From the NCBI GenBank assembly GCA_964188305.1, contig OZ076885.1: 64,000 nucleotides of DNA; one strand, 5' to 3'. This document shows, piece by piece, positions 1-13,310 of the stretch. Source of the DNA: Podarcis bocagei (Eukaryota). Both the position numbers and the translations under genes were made by a program. Position 1 is the stretch's first letter, and each line of letters starts with the position of its first letter. Below the pieces are notes generated by a model, which searched no databases, was not told the DNA's origin, and worked only from the letters and a program-made list of their open reading frames with translations.

Positions 1-530
1 TGCAATGTGAAGAGCCATAGGGTTGTTGCTGTTGTTGTTGGGGGGCAGCGGAGAAAGAATTTGCTGTGGAGAATGCCCCCTTACAGTTTAAAGGAGTGGG
101 GGGTGGGGTGGGGGGAGAAGAGAACAATCAGCCCCAGCTGCAAATCCTCCAGGCCCAATTTGCTCCTCCCCGTAGGAAATCCACCACAGGCCATCTGCTC
201 AAACGAAGACACTTGATCACAGAAGACTACTGTGGCTTCCCCAAAGCCATCTCCACGAAGGCAGGTTTCCCAGCCCCAGAGAGAAGATCTGTAGTCAAAG
301 ACATAGATAGAGTCTGCTGGAACAGGGACGGGAAGAAGCCCATTTGAACCCACGTTCAAATATCACCCAAGTGCTGTAGCGTGTTGTTTACAACAGGATA
401 TGCACCTAAATATGACCCCCAGTGCCCAATCCAGGGTGGGTGCCCTCCTAACGCAACCTGGGGCAGGCCCTTGTCCTCATGCTGGCCGCACAATCCAGAA
501 ATTGGCAGGATGCCAAAACGGGGTGGGGTG

Positions 531-665
531 ATAGAATTGTAGAGTTGGGAGGGACCACGAGGGTCATCTAGTCCAACCCCTTGCAATGCGGAATCTTTTG
601 CCCAGCGTGGGGCTCGAACTCACGACTCTGAAATTAAGAGTCTCATGCTCTTACCGGCTGAGTGG
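531..665 (-). mobile_element. tRNA-Lys(CTT)-headed SINE with CR1-like 3' tail (Squam3/P.s.1-type)
   Basis: Minus strand reads CTCAGCCGGTAAGAGCATGAGACTCTTAATTTCAGAGTCGTGAGTTCGAGCCCCACGCTGGGC (close to vertebrate tRNA-Lys-CTT), followed by the CR1-type tail GGTTGGACTAGATGACCCTC...CCAACTCTACAATTCTAT. Confidence 0.85.
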
Positions 666-700
666 CATGTGGGAAGGTGAGGTGACCAAACATCTCTAAG

Positions 701-866
701 GAGAGATTTCCACAATCTGGGGTAGGAGGGAGTCTCTTGCTGCTACCAAACACAACTCAGAAATGGATGTGTTGCCCGTTCCAGAAGATCTTACCAATCA
801 GGTCGGTTTGTGTAGTAGCAAACAGTCCTTCAGGCATCTTGTCCCACGGTCGTTTAGGGCTTTAAA
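701..866 (-). mobile_element. degraded L2 LINE fragment (ORF2 C-terminus)
   Basis: Minus-strand peptides FKALNDRGTRCLKDC and PRLWKSL resemble FKALYGLGPSYLRDR and PNWWNAL of the intact L2 in this window. Confidence 0.55.
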
Positions 867-1286
867 AATACACATCATGAATATTTTCCTGCCCATTGTA
901 GTGCATACAATATGTTACTTTTAGATTTCTCTCCTTCACCGCCCCTCCTGTGTTTTAACTTTCTGAATGCCCATGTGTCCCGTCCCCCCCACTTCTCTGG
1001 ATGTGTCCTGCCAGTAAGAAAAAGAAAAGGATGCATAAAGAATCAGCAGGCACATTAAGAACAAACAATATAATGAAGCAGGGAGCATGGGATAGCTTTT
1101 GGCTTAACCAGTATCTGCAGAATCGAGGCAGAGCAAATGTGTATCAAAAATCAGCCACAGTAGGAGGTATCCGTCTCCCAGGTAATGGCTAAATGACAAG
1201 CAGATGAGCCGCCATCATATTGATTTAAGCATTTTGTTCCAGCCAGTCACAATTAACTTTGATTTGTTTTTACTTTCCTCTTACAG

Positions 1287-1449
1287 GTTTGCATTTAAAG
1301 CACTCTGAGAGCACTAATTGTATAAAATTTTACTCACTGCACATTCTCTTTCTGAAGAGGCAATGAATGAATGAAGAGGAATTTATTTGAGATTCTAAAG
1401 CAGGGGATTCTCAGAGCACTTTTCACTCTGTGTGAAATTGGTACGGAAG
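1287..1449 (+). other. candidate spliced exon (163 nt) of an unidentified + strand transcript
   Basis: Acceptor TTTTTACTTTCCTCTTACAG/G and donor AAG/GTGAGT are both near consensus. All three frames from the acceptor hit stops, but an internal ATG is open to the donor (MKRNLFEILKQGILRALFTLCEIGTE). Confidence 0.35.
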
Positions 1450-1790
1450 GTGAGTGGCAAGGTAGACTGAAATACCGTGGGGAAAGAGGAGAAAAAGGCT
1501 AGAGTATCTAAGAGCCGTCCGTCTTCAGGATAAGCACATTGGTCCTTGTTCCTGATATCGTTAGCCATGTGCTTAAAGCTGCATTGAAATGAGTGGAACT
1601 TATATTATTATTATTATCATCCTTAATCAATTATATAGCACCTAACACTTTCTAAGTACTATAAGACAGCCCTGTCCCTATTACAATCTAATTGAACGGA
1701 AATGATTTTTTAAAAAAAATATTATTTTAAAAGCAGGAATAGTTCTCTTTTAGTGGAACCAGCCCATGAAAAATCACTGCCTCTGTTCTG

Positions 1791-2096
1791 CAGTGGTGCA
1801 CAGGGGCAATTACCCCCAGACACAACATTGTTAAGGGGCACAACATTTCAACACCCAGTGCTGCCTCAATACAGCACTGCTCTTCTGCCGCCGGGCTCTG
1901 TTGAAAATAGTTTCTCCATGAGAACCAGGAAGTAACCTATCTAGACAACAGAACAACTCTTTTTCTCTCTGCGACTGTGATCTCCTTGGTGCCATGGAAG
2001 CCGTTAGGCAGTTGAATGCACCCTCCCTTCATTTCCCTCCCACCCAACCCCCCATCCGTGCAGCCCCGGGTGCTGGCAACCCATGCTATGCCACTG
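1791..2096. mobile_element. degraded hAT-like MITE
   Basis: Termini CAGTGGTGCA...TATGCCACTG form an imperfect TIR. No convincing TSD. Confidence 0.4.
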
Positions 2097-3299
2097 GTAT
2101 TCAGTCCTTAATCGCTAATAGGGGGGTTTAGGGTCTACACACACTAGCCCCAGCTAATTAGTACCAGGATCTACAAAAGCAGTTACCAGGTGGCTGCCAC
2201 AGAGCTCTTTCTGGTGACCAGGACACCAGGATATCTCTCAGAAAGTGAGAGATCTTCTCTTCCCCCAAGGTCTCTGTATATGCAGAGATTTAGGAGGGGA
2301 AGAGGTAGCACACTTTATGCTGGATGGAAGAGGAACTCCATGCCTCTCTTGAGGTTTCTGACACACACATTAAAGAACTTGTGGAAGGCATGAGCCTAAC
2401 TTCACACCCAGCCTCGGAAACTCTCAAGAGCACTAAGAATATATCTTGTCGCTACTGAGCATTTCCAAATCCTGGTGTGGTACACAAACTGACTCAGTCC
2501 TTGAATCCCTATGCCAGCTGACTTGCAGAAGGAACTGGGCCAGTGGCAACCACAAATAATGCCTATCAGTGTCAGTCAAAAGTTGTGGTCCCCCTGAACT
2601 TGTCCCATGGAACTTCGGCATGACTCACATTCTCTGGGATGTAGCAATTCTTTAGGAAATTCATACCAAATGTGTTTGCTTTAGGAATCTTCACATACAT
2701 TTGCTTCAGTAACTTAACTTTTAAAAAAGGGCTTCAGAAATAGCCGTAGGCAAAAATTACTGTCTATGGCAGTGTGAGTTTTCACAGGTGACAGCCAGTT
2801 CAGGGTGGATGGAGAAGGTGGTGAGTTGAACGCATGATGTATGGGGGTAACCAGCGAAGTCTCCCTCCCCCAGTGTTTTCTTTGCAGGGACCAGCAAGGG
2901 TTTTTTTGTTTGTTTTTTGTAGGGGATTGGTACGCATAACTACTCATTTTTAATATTGTATTTTAAAATTGCTATAACCTGCCCTGGGATATTAATGGTA
3001 AGAGAAATAAATAAGCAGAACACAGCAAGTGATAATTGGAGTGCAAAAACCACCACCTTAATGGCTGAAGTACTGGACACAAATCAAACCTATAACTTAA
3101 ACATTTGGGAGAGTATCACAGTATGAGTACTAAATAACTGCAGCAACACTAATTATGAAGACAGTACATATGTTTTGCAGCACTGAAAGCGTACGCCTTA
3201 GTCAATTTCTTCCCCAGCGATAGCTTTCTACCAACATTTTTGTGTCTATATAAGTAACAGGGAATGATAGGTTAGAACAGTGGAGAAATATATAAAATA

Positions 3300-4700
3300 T
3301 AGTAGGGGAGTGGGGAACATTGGTGCTGGTTTGCTTGGTGAATAAATCTCATCTTTTGATTACTGTAATCCCAACCCATTTTTTAAAAGTCAGATAAGTT
3401 CAAACAATTTCCAATATTTTCCAGTTGTGAAAGCTGGGGATTTGATACTCTAAAAAGAAAAGAAAATCATGAGATTCCACTGCCCAACAATGTAAACTGA
3501 GCCTGCAAGAGACAGCATGGTTGTATTCCTTGATGTGATAACATCTACGTGGATTCCCAAATTTTCTGGCTACAACTTAAAATATAGAGCAGCAAGGTTG
3601 TACAGAAGGTGTTGGAAATGGACTCCACAGATTCACAAGACACAGTCTCTTCTGTGTACTTGTTCCGTCTCCCACTGGTTCTTTCCTACTGTTGACATTA
3701 ACACCCCTTCCTCTATTTATTCCTTTCTATAATGAATTCCCTTTTATAATCTAGGGCCTCCTAGATCCACTTTTATAAAACCTCCATCCCCATAAGAGTG
3801 TTTCCTTGTTGGTGATCGGCAAGAATAGTCTCATAACATTTATTAATGTTCCATTTAATGTGTCTCTTACGGCCATCTTAAACATATCTGGCACCATGGT
3901 GCAACAATCCCTCTGGCGCTCTGCCCCCCCGCCATTTCCCAGAGTTGTTGACCTTTTTCCAAGCCTCTGCGGGGATCGCTCTCCTCCCACGGGGGCTTGG
4001 GAAGGAAGCTGCACGCCCGCCAGCCATATGGTTGACGGGGCGCAGCTGGCAGGTGTGTAAGAGGGAAAGGGGAGGCCGCCGGCAAAGCCGCACAGCTCCC
4101 CCACTTGCTAGGGCGCCCCTGAGAGGCCAGCGCCCTGGCGCAATGCACCACTAAGCCCAATGGGAAAGACGGCTCTGGTGTCTCTATTTTCCTCCTGCCC
4201 CCACTCTACCTTGCTATACAGATTCCTTCCTAAATTGAAGATGGCATTTCAATAGAGAAAAGCCTGGACCTCAGTAGTGAGGTTGGGAGATGTTTGATTT
4301 AAACAGATTACGAAGCAGCTCTAAGCTGCTTAAGACTTAGGAAGCAGGGGAGAGAGAAACTTAGCAGAAAGTCTAACATCCCATTCTCCATCATCCACAA
4401 TTTCTCCTTAAAATTGAATCTGAAGCAAAACTTCAGAAACTCCTCCAATCCTCTAACCAGTTTCCAGCTGGGACTGGCAACAGAAGAACCTCGATTGGAA
4501 ATGGCAGAGCCCTGTGAGGAAAGTCTGTTCTTGTTAGACTTCCAACAGGGACTAGAAGTTGGAGAACTAAACATCTTAGCACACAACCTGTTCTTGTGAG
4601 ATTTCCACCCCGATAAAGCAGGCTTGGATCCAACTTCATATACTGTAAGAGAGGTAGCGGGGGCTGCAATTCTATTCAGGTCTGTGGAGCTGGAGATATT
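3300..4700 (-). mobile_element. highly degraded L1-like LINE remnant, interrupted by a MITE
   Basis: After removing the 3868-4177 MITE, minus-strand peptides TLNGTLINVMRLFLP...IIKGNS weakly resemble the L1 endonuclease motifs (LxNxYAP, IIxGDFN). Boundaries are approximate. Confidence 0.3.
3868..4177. mobile_element. hAT (Tip100-like) MITE
   Basis: Termini TACGGCCATCTT...AAGACGGCTCTG; perfect 8-bp TSD GTGTCTCT at 3860-3867 and 4178-4185; GC-rich interior. Confidence 0.8.
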
Positions 4701-6714
4701 TACAGTAGACTTTCTGTTTTAAAAGTTTTAGGCAAATCGTAGCATTTCGACTGGAATGGGGAATTAAAAAAGGTATTTTTAACCATTTCACTCCTGCATA
4801 TCCCTTCCCAAGTCTCATGGTCATCCTCACCTGAAGCGCTGCAGCACGTATGGCACGAAACCACCCATTTTGATTTCACAGAAGGGGCGAATGAAGATCT
4901 CCTGATGGTGAAATGGGAACATGCTACACCGCCCTGCCGCCACAGCTGCCGCAGCCGCCGCAGCCGCCCTTACCTGGGTTGCAAAGATGCGGTGGATTCC
5001 AGCAAAATCTCATCGGAATCTCACGAGGTCTCACTGGAAACTAGCACTGCTGGTGGCAGAGGCAGCAGGGTGCACATGGGGTTTTCTCACCCCGAGGCGG
5101 TTGCTTTACCTCACCTCATGCATGGGTTGGCCCTGATTGTAGCACCAGGGGATTCTCTTTTGGACTGGGACCACACCGGCGCTGCCAAACCTATTCTGAA
5201 AAGATGTTTCCCTTTTTTGTGTGTGGGATAGGAAGCATGATGCCATTATTTCCACCCTGTTCCAGCTTGCCCTGCCAAAAGTGATGTGCTGTCACTGAGT
5301 TAATTATGTATGTATTTATCTTGTTTATTCCCACCACAGTGTTGCTGTCTTCCATTTGTAGGGAAGCAGAACTGGGTTTTAGAGACAGCGTATTCTTTCG
5401 AGAAAAGCATTCCAAATACTTTCCAGCTTGAAACGCAACTTGTCAATCCGTTGGACCATAAGGATGCACCACTTTAGAGACAAAGGTGCGTTCAAGCACA
5501 CACTGCACCTCTGATCCCACTGAAATGTCTGCAAGGATTGCTGGTGAACTCATAGCTCAGCTGGGACCACGTGGAGCCATTTGTATTTCACCCGTCACAA
5601 TTGTGCAAATCAGCATGGTCAGGTATACAGTTCATACCCAGAGGCCCCAATTCATACAAACAGCACCTGTACTCAGTGCCAGCTGACTTATAGGGCTGCC
5701 AACTGTGAGAAGTGGGCCAAAGAGTTCTGTGGTATCTTAAAGGATACCTAGTTTGCAATGGTGTAAAGTTTTCATATGCAGGAGCCTCATTAGAGAAGGT
5801 GGGAGCTGTGGATTGAGGCATAATGGAGGGAAAACAGGCTTAGGAAGGTTTATTGTGTGTTCTGCAGAATGTGTCTTAAAGCAAATGCTTGGGCTTTGTT
5901 GCACAGATCTAATAGCAGGCTTACACCAGATGAAATCTGGCCCCTTATAGCTCTTTTGTAGCTAATTATTAATTTGTTCAGTGCTGTAAGTGAAAAGAAA
6001 AATATGTTCTTAATTAAGGAGCCTGGGAAAATGTAACATGTTTTAGTTGCATTTGTCATTTAGCTGACAAACAAACAAACAACAATTAAACTTTACACTT
6101 AGTCATCTGTGAACTATGCATATGAGAAACTTAATTCAGGATTTAATTTTTTTTTTGCCATATTAAAAAAAAAAAGCTATCGCAGGAGATTATTTTTTGT
6201 TTATTAATGAATTCTTATTCTAAAATGAGATACGATGCTATTGGAGAAGTTATGGCCCATATTGTTAAAAGATGTGTTAATTGCACAAATGTCCATATGC
6301 TAAGTCACTTCAAAGGTACAAAAATTGGCCTCAGATTTTTGTTTCAACAGTCCCCAGCATGGAAAGATTACGGCCTTTGGCTTGGAAGCAACCCACCACA
6401 ATGCGACTGCCAAAGCCCTCCAATGAAGTAGAGTCACCATTATTCTAGCACTAAGTGAGCTATGCTCAATTTATGCTCCACACATGTTAGTGTGCATGAA
6501 AGAGAGGATTAGTCTAGTAAAGTCCAACCTTTTGTCAAGAGTGCCACTAGTCAAATCTCAAATATAACAAAGTGTGCACTATAGTACATGCAGATTTTCT
6601 CTCAATGTTTTGCTTCTGCTCTATTCAGAAGACTACAGTGTGGTTCTATTAGACCTTTTGGGTCCTGCATAGGGGATGCCACAAATTCTCTCTTCTTCTG
6701 CAACTTGTGGTTTG

Positions 6715-6822
6715 TTGTTGTTTAGTCGTTTAGTCGTGTCCGACTCTTTGTGACCCCATGGACCAGAGCACGCCAGGCACTCCTGTCTTCCACTGCCTCC
6801 CACAGTTTGGTCAAACTCATGC
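6715..6822 (-). mobile_element. BovB (RTE) LINE 3' end fragment
   Basis: Minus strand ends GGGGTCACAAAGAGTCGGACACGACTAAACGACTAAACAACAAC (BovB tail). Flanking TGGTTTG at 6708-6714 and 6823-6829. Near-identical to the copy at 49391. Confidence 0.85.
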
Positions 6823-8019
6823 TGGTTTGCCACCCATGATCTAGCACTATGTTCATTTAGTATCTATGAACAGATCATGGAATGTTTGGTCTGGCACAGA
6901 ATTTGGTTGACTGAGAAGATCAGTTTTCATTTTAGGTGATGCAAGCTTTATCCATGCAGCATCTTTAGCAGGACTTCAGCCATTCTGCACAGACTTTTGT
7001 CCCTTCGCAGTTTTCATACCAGCCTTGCGTGGTCTCACTCTCTCTTTTTGGTTGCATTGCATATTCCCCTTCAGTGTAGGTACTGACTAAACATCTCTCT
7101 GGACAGCAACAGTTCTCTGCTGTATCCAAATGTAAAATGATCTCTCCATATGCAAATGGGACACAGACAACCTTATGCATGCGAAAGTTTCTTAACACCA
7201 CGCTGCCCATTTACCCACCCATACAGTATAGCCATATAACCGCTGAAGCATGAGCAAATGAAAGGTGCTTTTTTTGGGTGTGGGGGTGTGCAGGTTTGAG
7301 CCAAATGGTTTAGCCCACACTTCTATAACCAAAGAGGGTACAGTTTCTGTTGCCTTAGCTTCAGGGATGTAACCTTGTTCCACAATAAGTATCCAGTTTC
7401 AGAAGACAGTTTCTAGGCAGCTCCACCTTTGAATTGTCTGTATCTGTCTGTAGCTGGACTTGCTTCCAAGATTAAATTCTGCCCTCTTCCTTCTTTCTGG
7501 GTGGCCACAAAGGTGGATCTAGGGAGCACAGCTGGTTCAGTCACACTGGGCATAGAGCTTCTGGGGTGCCAAAGCAGGTGCCACAGATATGACGTCCAAA
7601 GGAAGATGAGTGGCAGACATGGGTACCACTGAAATGTGAGACACCAAGGTTCACCACTGGAGGCCAACCAGGATTTCCCTCCCTCTTACCCATATCCTGC
7701 CTGTTTTTCTCCCAAATTCCATGCAGTGCATAGACATCACTACCCTGCCCCCCACAATTGCACTGATATGTGTGTCTTCAGTTTATGGATTAGCAAACTG
7801 AACTGCAGAACCCCAGGTGTATCTGAGAGTGCAAGAATTGAGATGCCTATCAGGTTTACAAAAACTCTCAGGGAAAGTCCGGCATTGTTCTACTCTAGTC
7901 AGATCACTGAATGCCAGCTTTTATGGTGCTCCATAATAAAAACGTAATAGAATAAAAGAAAACTTCTCAGTAGACTTCTCCTTGATATTCTTCCAGCAAT
8001 CAGAGGCCAAACCATTGAG

Positions 8020-8153
8020 CAGAGATGGGGAACCTGTGACTCTCCAGATGTTGCTTAACTACAACCCCCATCATCCCCTGAGCGTTGCCTATGCTGGCTG
8101 GGAATGGTGGGAGTGGGAGCCCAACAATATCTAGGGGCCACAGTCTCCCCATC
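8020..8153. mobile_element. ~130-bp palindromic hAT-type MITE
   Basis: GGGGAACCTGTG...CACAGTCTCCCC inverted ends; same family as 20338 and 23090. Confidence 0.7.
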
Positions 8154-9599
8154 ATTAAAGAGACACAAACTTCTTTTTGGTATGTCATCATCAGATCATG
8201 TATTTCATGACCGAATTTGAAAATTTTGCACTGAGAAGAAACGCCATTTGGTACAGTTACACTGCTGGAATGCAGCATGATCCTGGGGCTTTAAGGCACC
8301 TCTGTTTGCAATTCTTGGCTAATGTTTAAGATGAAGAGTAAATTAGCTTTGACATTCTGTATTCATGCAGGTAAAAAGGGAGAGATGCTGAACTATTAAT
8401 AATCACTAGGAGAATTCAAGTGTGTAAACATACCATCGGAATTCTGAAGAGTTCCCATTACTTAAAGTTTTAAACCTACTGTGGTTAAATTGCATTTATG
8501 TGAGCTCCTCACACTTTAATGTACATTAATTTGCTCCTCTTCCCATTAATAGGTAATTGTTTCTTCCCTGCTTCCCAAGCAAGGTGAGCGTTAGAGCGCA
8601 GAAAACTGAGAACAGAGCCTAGTGCGGCTAAGTTAAAAAGGAATGCTTAAAAGCACTTTAAAAAGAGTTCAGTCTATAAATGCCTCTTATGATCATTAAT
8701 ATTCCACTTTATTAATTTGCAGAGCACTGTTATTAAGTGTCTTATGTGTATTTACTCAGAAGTAATGAATTTCAAGCGGGTATGCTCCCAAGTAAATGTG
8801 TATAGAGGTTGCTGATTAACAGTGCTGAGGAATCAAAATGCACCTCCCTTGTATGTTGCTATCTATTTTTTGCCACACAACCTTTCTTCCCCCCCTGTGC
8901 ACATGTGAGAGTAGGGCCAGAGACATCATTTTTTGGTTTTAGTAGAAAATGCTGCTCTAAAACCTCCAAAAAATGAGACACGTCTGGACATAGCAACCTT
9001 TGTTTGGGCAAAAAACCCAAATAGGTGTATAGATTTATATATTACAGGGTGAAATCCAGCTAAAACCTAGAGTATACTCACTGAAAGCAATGGACTTTCT
9101 CCCCACAAATTTACTGATTTCAGTGCGTCGATTCTGAGCATGTTGGATATCATGCATTATTGCTTGTATTATTACTATACTTGCACCTGTGCTGTGGTTA
9201 TTCTTACGTATTATTCATCCTCGCCTTCCTTTGCCACACATAACTCAGCAGGTAACTACTTCACAGAACATATAGCAGACGATCCCCAATTGGTGTAAAC
9301 TGAAGCAATCCTATCTGAGAATTTTGAAATACATCCAGTGTTAGCCTTACTCAGAGCAGACCCAGGAAAGATAATGGACATGATTTAGGCCCATGAATTT
9401 CAATGGGTAGAACTTAGTTGGCTACAACCCTTTGGATGGGAAAGCATGATCTTTGTTTCTCTCCTGTTGCCACCATTTTCTTTGGAAGCTGTAGGATAAA
9501 AGAAGAGGAAATGTGGACATGGTCTCGACTGAGAGAATGACTTTGTACACGGCATCCATCTGCAAAGCAGAAGCACGACACCAGCCCTTGTTTGATATA

Positions 9600-9957
9600 G
9601 GTAAAGGTAAAGGTACCCCTGACCGTTAGGTCCAGTCACGGACGACTCTGGGGTTGTGTGCTTATCTCACTCTATAGGCCGAGGGAGCCTGCGTTTGTCC
9701 GCAGACAGCTTCTGGGTCATGTGGCCAGCATGACTAAGCGGCTTCTGGCGAACCGGAGCAGTGCATGGAAACACCATTTACCTTCCCACCGGAGTGGTAC
9801 CTATTTATCTACTTGCATTTGACATGCTTTTGAACTGCTAGGTGGGCAGGAGCTGGGACCGAACCATGGGAGCTTACCCTGTTGTGGGGATTCGAACTGA
9901 CAACCTTCTGATCTGGAAGCCCTAGGCTCTGTGGTTTAGACCACAGCGCCACCCGCG
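9600..9957 (-). mobile_element. Sauria SINE (Squam1)
   Basis: tRNA-like head with A box TGGCGCTGTGG and B box GTTCGAATCC; (ACCTTT)n tail; 12-bp TSD TTGTTTGATATA at 9588-9599 and 9958-9969. Confidence 0.93.
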
Positions 9958-10479
9958 TTGTTTGATATATATATACATATATAGCCAAAACACACCCTCC
10001 ATGTCCACATTTGATTTTCAAGTATATCTGTGCAGTGATTGAAATCCTCCCAAATAATGTGATTTACAAATGCAAAAACCACACATTCCTTATTTGGAAC
10101 CAAGAACTCCTGTTTGAAAGTTTTTGGAAATCTATAGGCTGCCGTTCTAACCCATCTGCCCCACCTACAAGGGTTTGTCTTAGGAACACATTTGCAGTCT
10201 ACTAGAAATGAAATCTCGTGTGTTCTCTGATGGGCATTTTCTATATCGTTTCCATTTCTCTTCTTTGCATCCACACATGTATGTGTTTTAAAGCACGTTT
10301 TTAATAATCGTAATAATATTCGAGTACCTAACATCTGAAACTCAGAGAAAGAATTCAGTTTGCAACCTGCCCTCTCCCCTGACTCTTTGTGGTATATTGC
10401 GGGTGGTGGAGAATGAGAAAAGACACTCGGTTATGAAGGCACACAGACACATACCAGAAGAAGCCCATAGATTGAATGT

Positions 10480-10768
10480 AACAAGAAGCACTTTCTTCAT
10501 AAATGATGGTTTAATTTCCAGCGAAAGTTTGATGGGAGCAACACTGTCACTTTAGTTGTACTTAATTATATGTTTACCTCCCAGTCCGCCTCCCCAAGTT
10601 AAAAAAAAAAAAAGTTACCTTAACTGTGAAGCTCTGCAGTAGTCTTTGCCTGTCATTTTTAATCAGGTTGTTGGAGGTAATTTTTGTTATGCCCCCTCAT
10701 TACTGCCTTGTTTATCAATAGGTGCGCCAAGTGTCACTAGCTTTTCTCATCAAGCCAGGTCTGACAAA
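10480..10768. promoter_or_regulatory. candidate conserved non-coding element (enhancer)
   Basis: Repeat-free block with two CTGTCA (Meis/TALE) sites and CATAAA/TAAT homeodomain motifs. Conservation is untested; the block runs into a gap. Confidence 0.3.
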
Positions 10769-10932
10769 NNNNNNNNNNNNNNNNNNNNNNNNNNNNNNNN
10801 NNNNNNNNNNNNNNNNNNNNNNNNNNNNNNNNNNNNNNNNNNNNNNNNNNNNNNNNNNNNNNNNNNNNNNNNNNNNNNNNNNNNNNNNNNNNNNNNNNNN
10901 NNNNNNNNNNNNNNNNNNNNNNNNNNNNNNNN
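10769..10932. other. assembly gap
   Basis: Run of N. Confidence 1.
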
Positions 10933-11422
10933 ATAATCAAAAAAATCAACATAAACCTTTTTGGATATAGCAGAAACAGAGGGAGGGAAAATCCCCTTTG
11001 GGCAGCCCTAACCTGAGACCTGCCAAATAAGGTCATGCTACATGAAGGTTGCCTGTTAGGTGATAGAAGATATAGGAGGATTAAAGCCATATGGCACAGC
11101 CTATCATACCTTCTGACTTAAGATAACAAAGCCAAGCATTGTGCTTAGCTGTTTTTGACTGACATCATCAATTTTATTTTATGTTGGTCACCTCCGGTAA
11201 CAGGAAAAAAATGGCCCAGGGTTGATAACACATGCCTTTTTTATTATTATTAAGATGCCTTACAGCTAGTTCTTGTGTGCCTTTTCCCCCTTAAAAAACA
11301 ACATATTTTTTTAAAAAAAGAATTATAGGCTTGTTCTTCTATCAGCCGTCCTCCAGCAACTGTCAGCCTCCTTCTCTCCCCCCCTTTCCCAATCTCTCTT
11401 GTTTTCAGTTTCTACCTTGCAA

Positions 11423-11642
11423 NNNNNNNNNNNNNNNNNNNNNNNNNNNNNNNNNNNNNNNNNNNNNNNNNNNNNNNNNNNNNNNNNNNNNNNNNNNNNN
11501 NNNNNNNNNNNNNNNNNNNNNNNNNNNNNNNNNNNNNNNNNNNNNNNNNNNNNNNNNNNNNNNNNNNNNNNNNNNNNNNNNNNNNNNNNNNNNNNNNNNN
11601 NNNNNNNNNNNNNNNNNNNNNNNNNNNNNNNNNNNNNNNNNN
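11423..11642. other. assembly gap
   Basis: Run of N. Confidence 1.
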
Positions 11643-13029
11643 AAGCACGTCAGACACTAATGCTGTGTATTTATTTGCTACTTCCACTCTGTAACTTGAA
11701 CTTCTGCACCTGTCAAAGCATTCCAGGGTGTGCAGAGAGAAGGAGAGAAAAGCAAGACTGTATATTATTGGAAAGCAAAAGTTTTATACCTGTACACCTG
11801 TTTTGTTTTGTCACAAGTCTGAAGCTTTTTCCTCTTGTTTCTTCCTCCCCCCTGCCAAAATCACCAGGTGGTTTAATCCATTGCTTGGCTGGGTTTTATA
11901 AAGGAGGACTTTGTATGCAAAAATTGCATTTGCTACTCTCATATGCCTTTCCTCACCAAAACGAAGCGCTTCCCTTAAAGGCTATTGTTTCCTTCTCTCT
12001 CTTTTTAACATAAGGGATTTTCTCTCTCTCTCTCCCGCCCAAACGATGGGCTGAGAGCTAAAAGAACCAGCAGCTTCGCCTGCTGGGCACTAATCAGTTA
12101 GTAGTGCCTCTCTTTACAAGGTGGGTCACACAGTTGTCTTATTACATTTGGCAGGATATCCTCTCCACCAGCAACACAGATGTTGAAGAGGACAATGTCT
12201 TGGTGATTGCAAAAAGATCTCTGCTTCTTCCACCCCCACCCAAGCAGATTTTACAGATACCATAAACAACACTTTAAAAAGCTAAGGACTTGTGTGTGTT
12301 TATGTGTGTGTGGTGGCCCTGAAAGCCAGTTCCATCTCAAGTATTTTCCCCATCCCACCCCAAATAAAAACACTGTTTAGTGTGCAGATTATGTTAACAA
12401 GCATCTGATTTAGTAGAAACGTAAAGAAAGTTTGGAGTACTGAAAAAAACCCCACTGCTGTGCAGTTTTTTGAGGTATACGTGTGGTGAATTTTCACTGT
12501 TCGCGTGACTATGATCTGAGGAGCACTTACTACAATGACAACAATAAAAAGGAGCAGATGACAAACATTAAGAAAACATGTGCACGTTCTTTCAAAAAGC
12601 CAGTCATCATTGTACTTTTTAGACAGCACAATAAATGTTATGGTCCCTTCAGATATTGCTGTTTTCCTATAATTATTGCGTGCCGAAGTATTTAAGACAT
12701 TTACCCATGCAGTGTTGTTATTATTATTAGCATGTTTACTCCAAAAAAGCCCCACTGAAGTCACTGGAATTTACCTCCTACTAGCCATGTGGTCTGACCT
12801 TATGCCCGTTTACTCAGAGGTAACACCCAGGGGGTTTATTCTCAAGTCAGTGTAGACACAAGCTCACAGCCTCCAGGAGACCAGAAAGGAAAAGAGAGAG
12901 TCAAAAAACATCCCCCTTCTCTTATTGGGTTTGTAAAGTTTACTGCCTGCTTTATGCAGCCTGCACACTGCAGCTTAATTGCAGATTTTCTGCAAAGACA
13001 AAAAAAATAATATGTCCATATCTCAGGAA

Positions 13030-13310
13030 TTATGCCTTGCAGCCTACTAAATATGCTAATGTAGTCCTAAGCAGGGATAAAGTTCTTGCCATACCACCCA
13101 ACAGTTGGGTGGGACGTGCTGCCAAGTGATTGTTAATTGTGCAGCGGGCGGCAGGCTTTACAATCCATCTTAATTGTCATACTTACTTCAGGTTTGGCGA
13201 TAAGGCTCGATGTTCAGTTTAAAAGTGACAGTGCTGACAAGCGGAGAAGGGTGTGGGCCTGGGCTTGTGGTTCTGGAGGGGTTATGCGCTCTGACCTGCC
13301 GCACGTTGAT
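13030..13310. promoter_or_regulatory. candidate conserved non-coding element (enhancer)
   Basis: About 9 CpGs in unique sequence; TAATTG x2, TGACAG, TGCCAA and ATGCTAAT motifs. Confidence 0.35.

Noticed and set aside
598-665. Functional tRNA-Lys gene (likewise the Ile-like copies)
   Set aside because: Acceptor stem broken, fused to a CR1 tail and lacking a poly-T terminator, so these are SINE heads.
4921-5136. Poly-Ala ORF / CpG island-like patch
   Set aside because: Short GCC-rich tract next to a hAT-like terminus (GGCCCTG at about 5134) with no splice signals; probably MITE interior.
10646-12013. Long ORFs in the ORF track (also 61594-62058)
   Set aside because: Artefacts of reading through N gaps.
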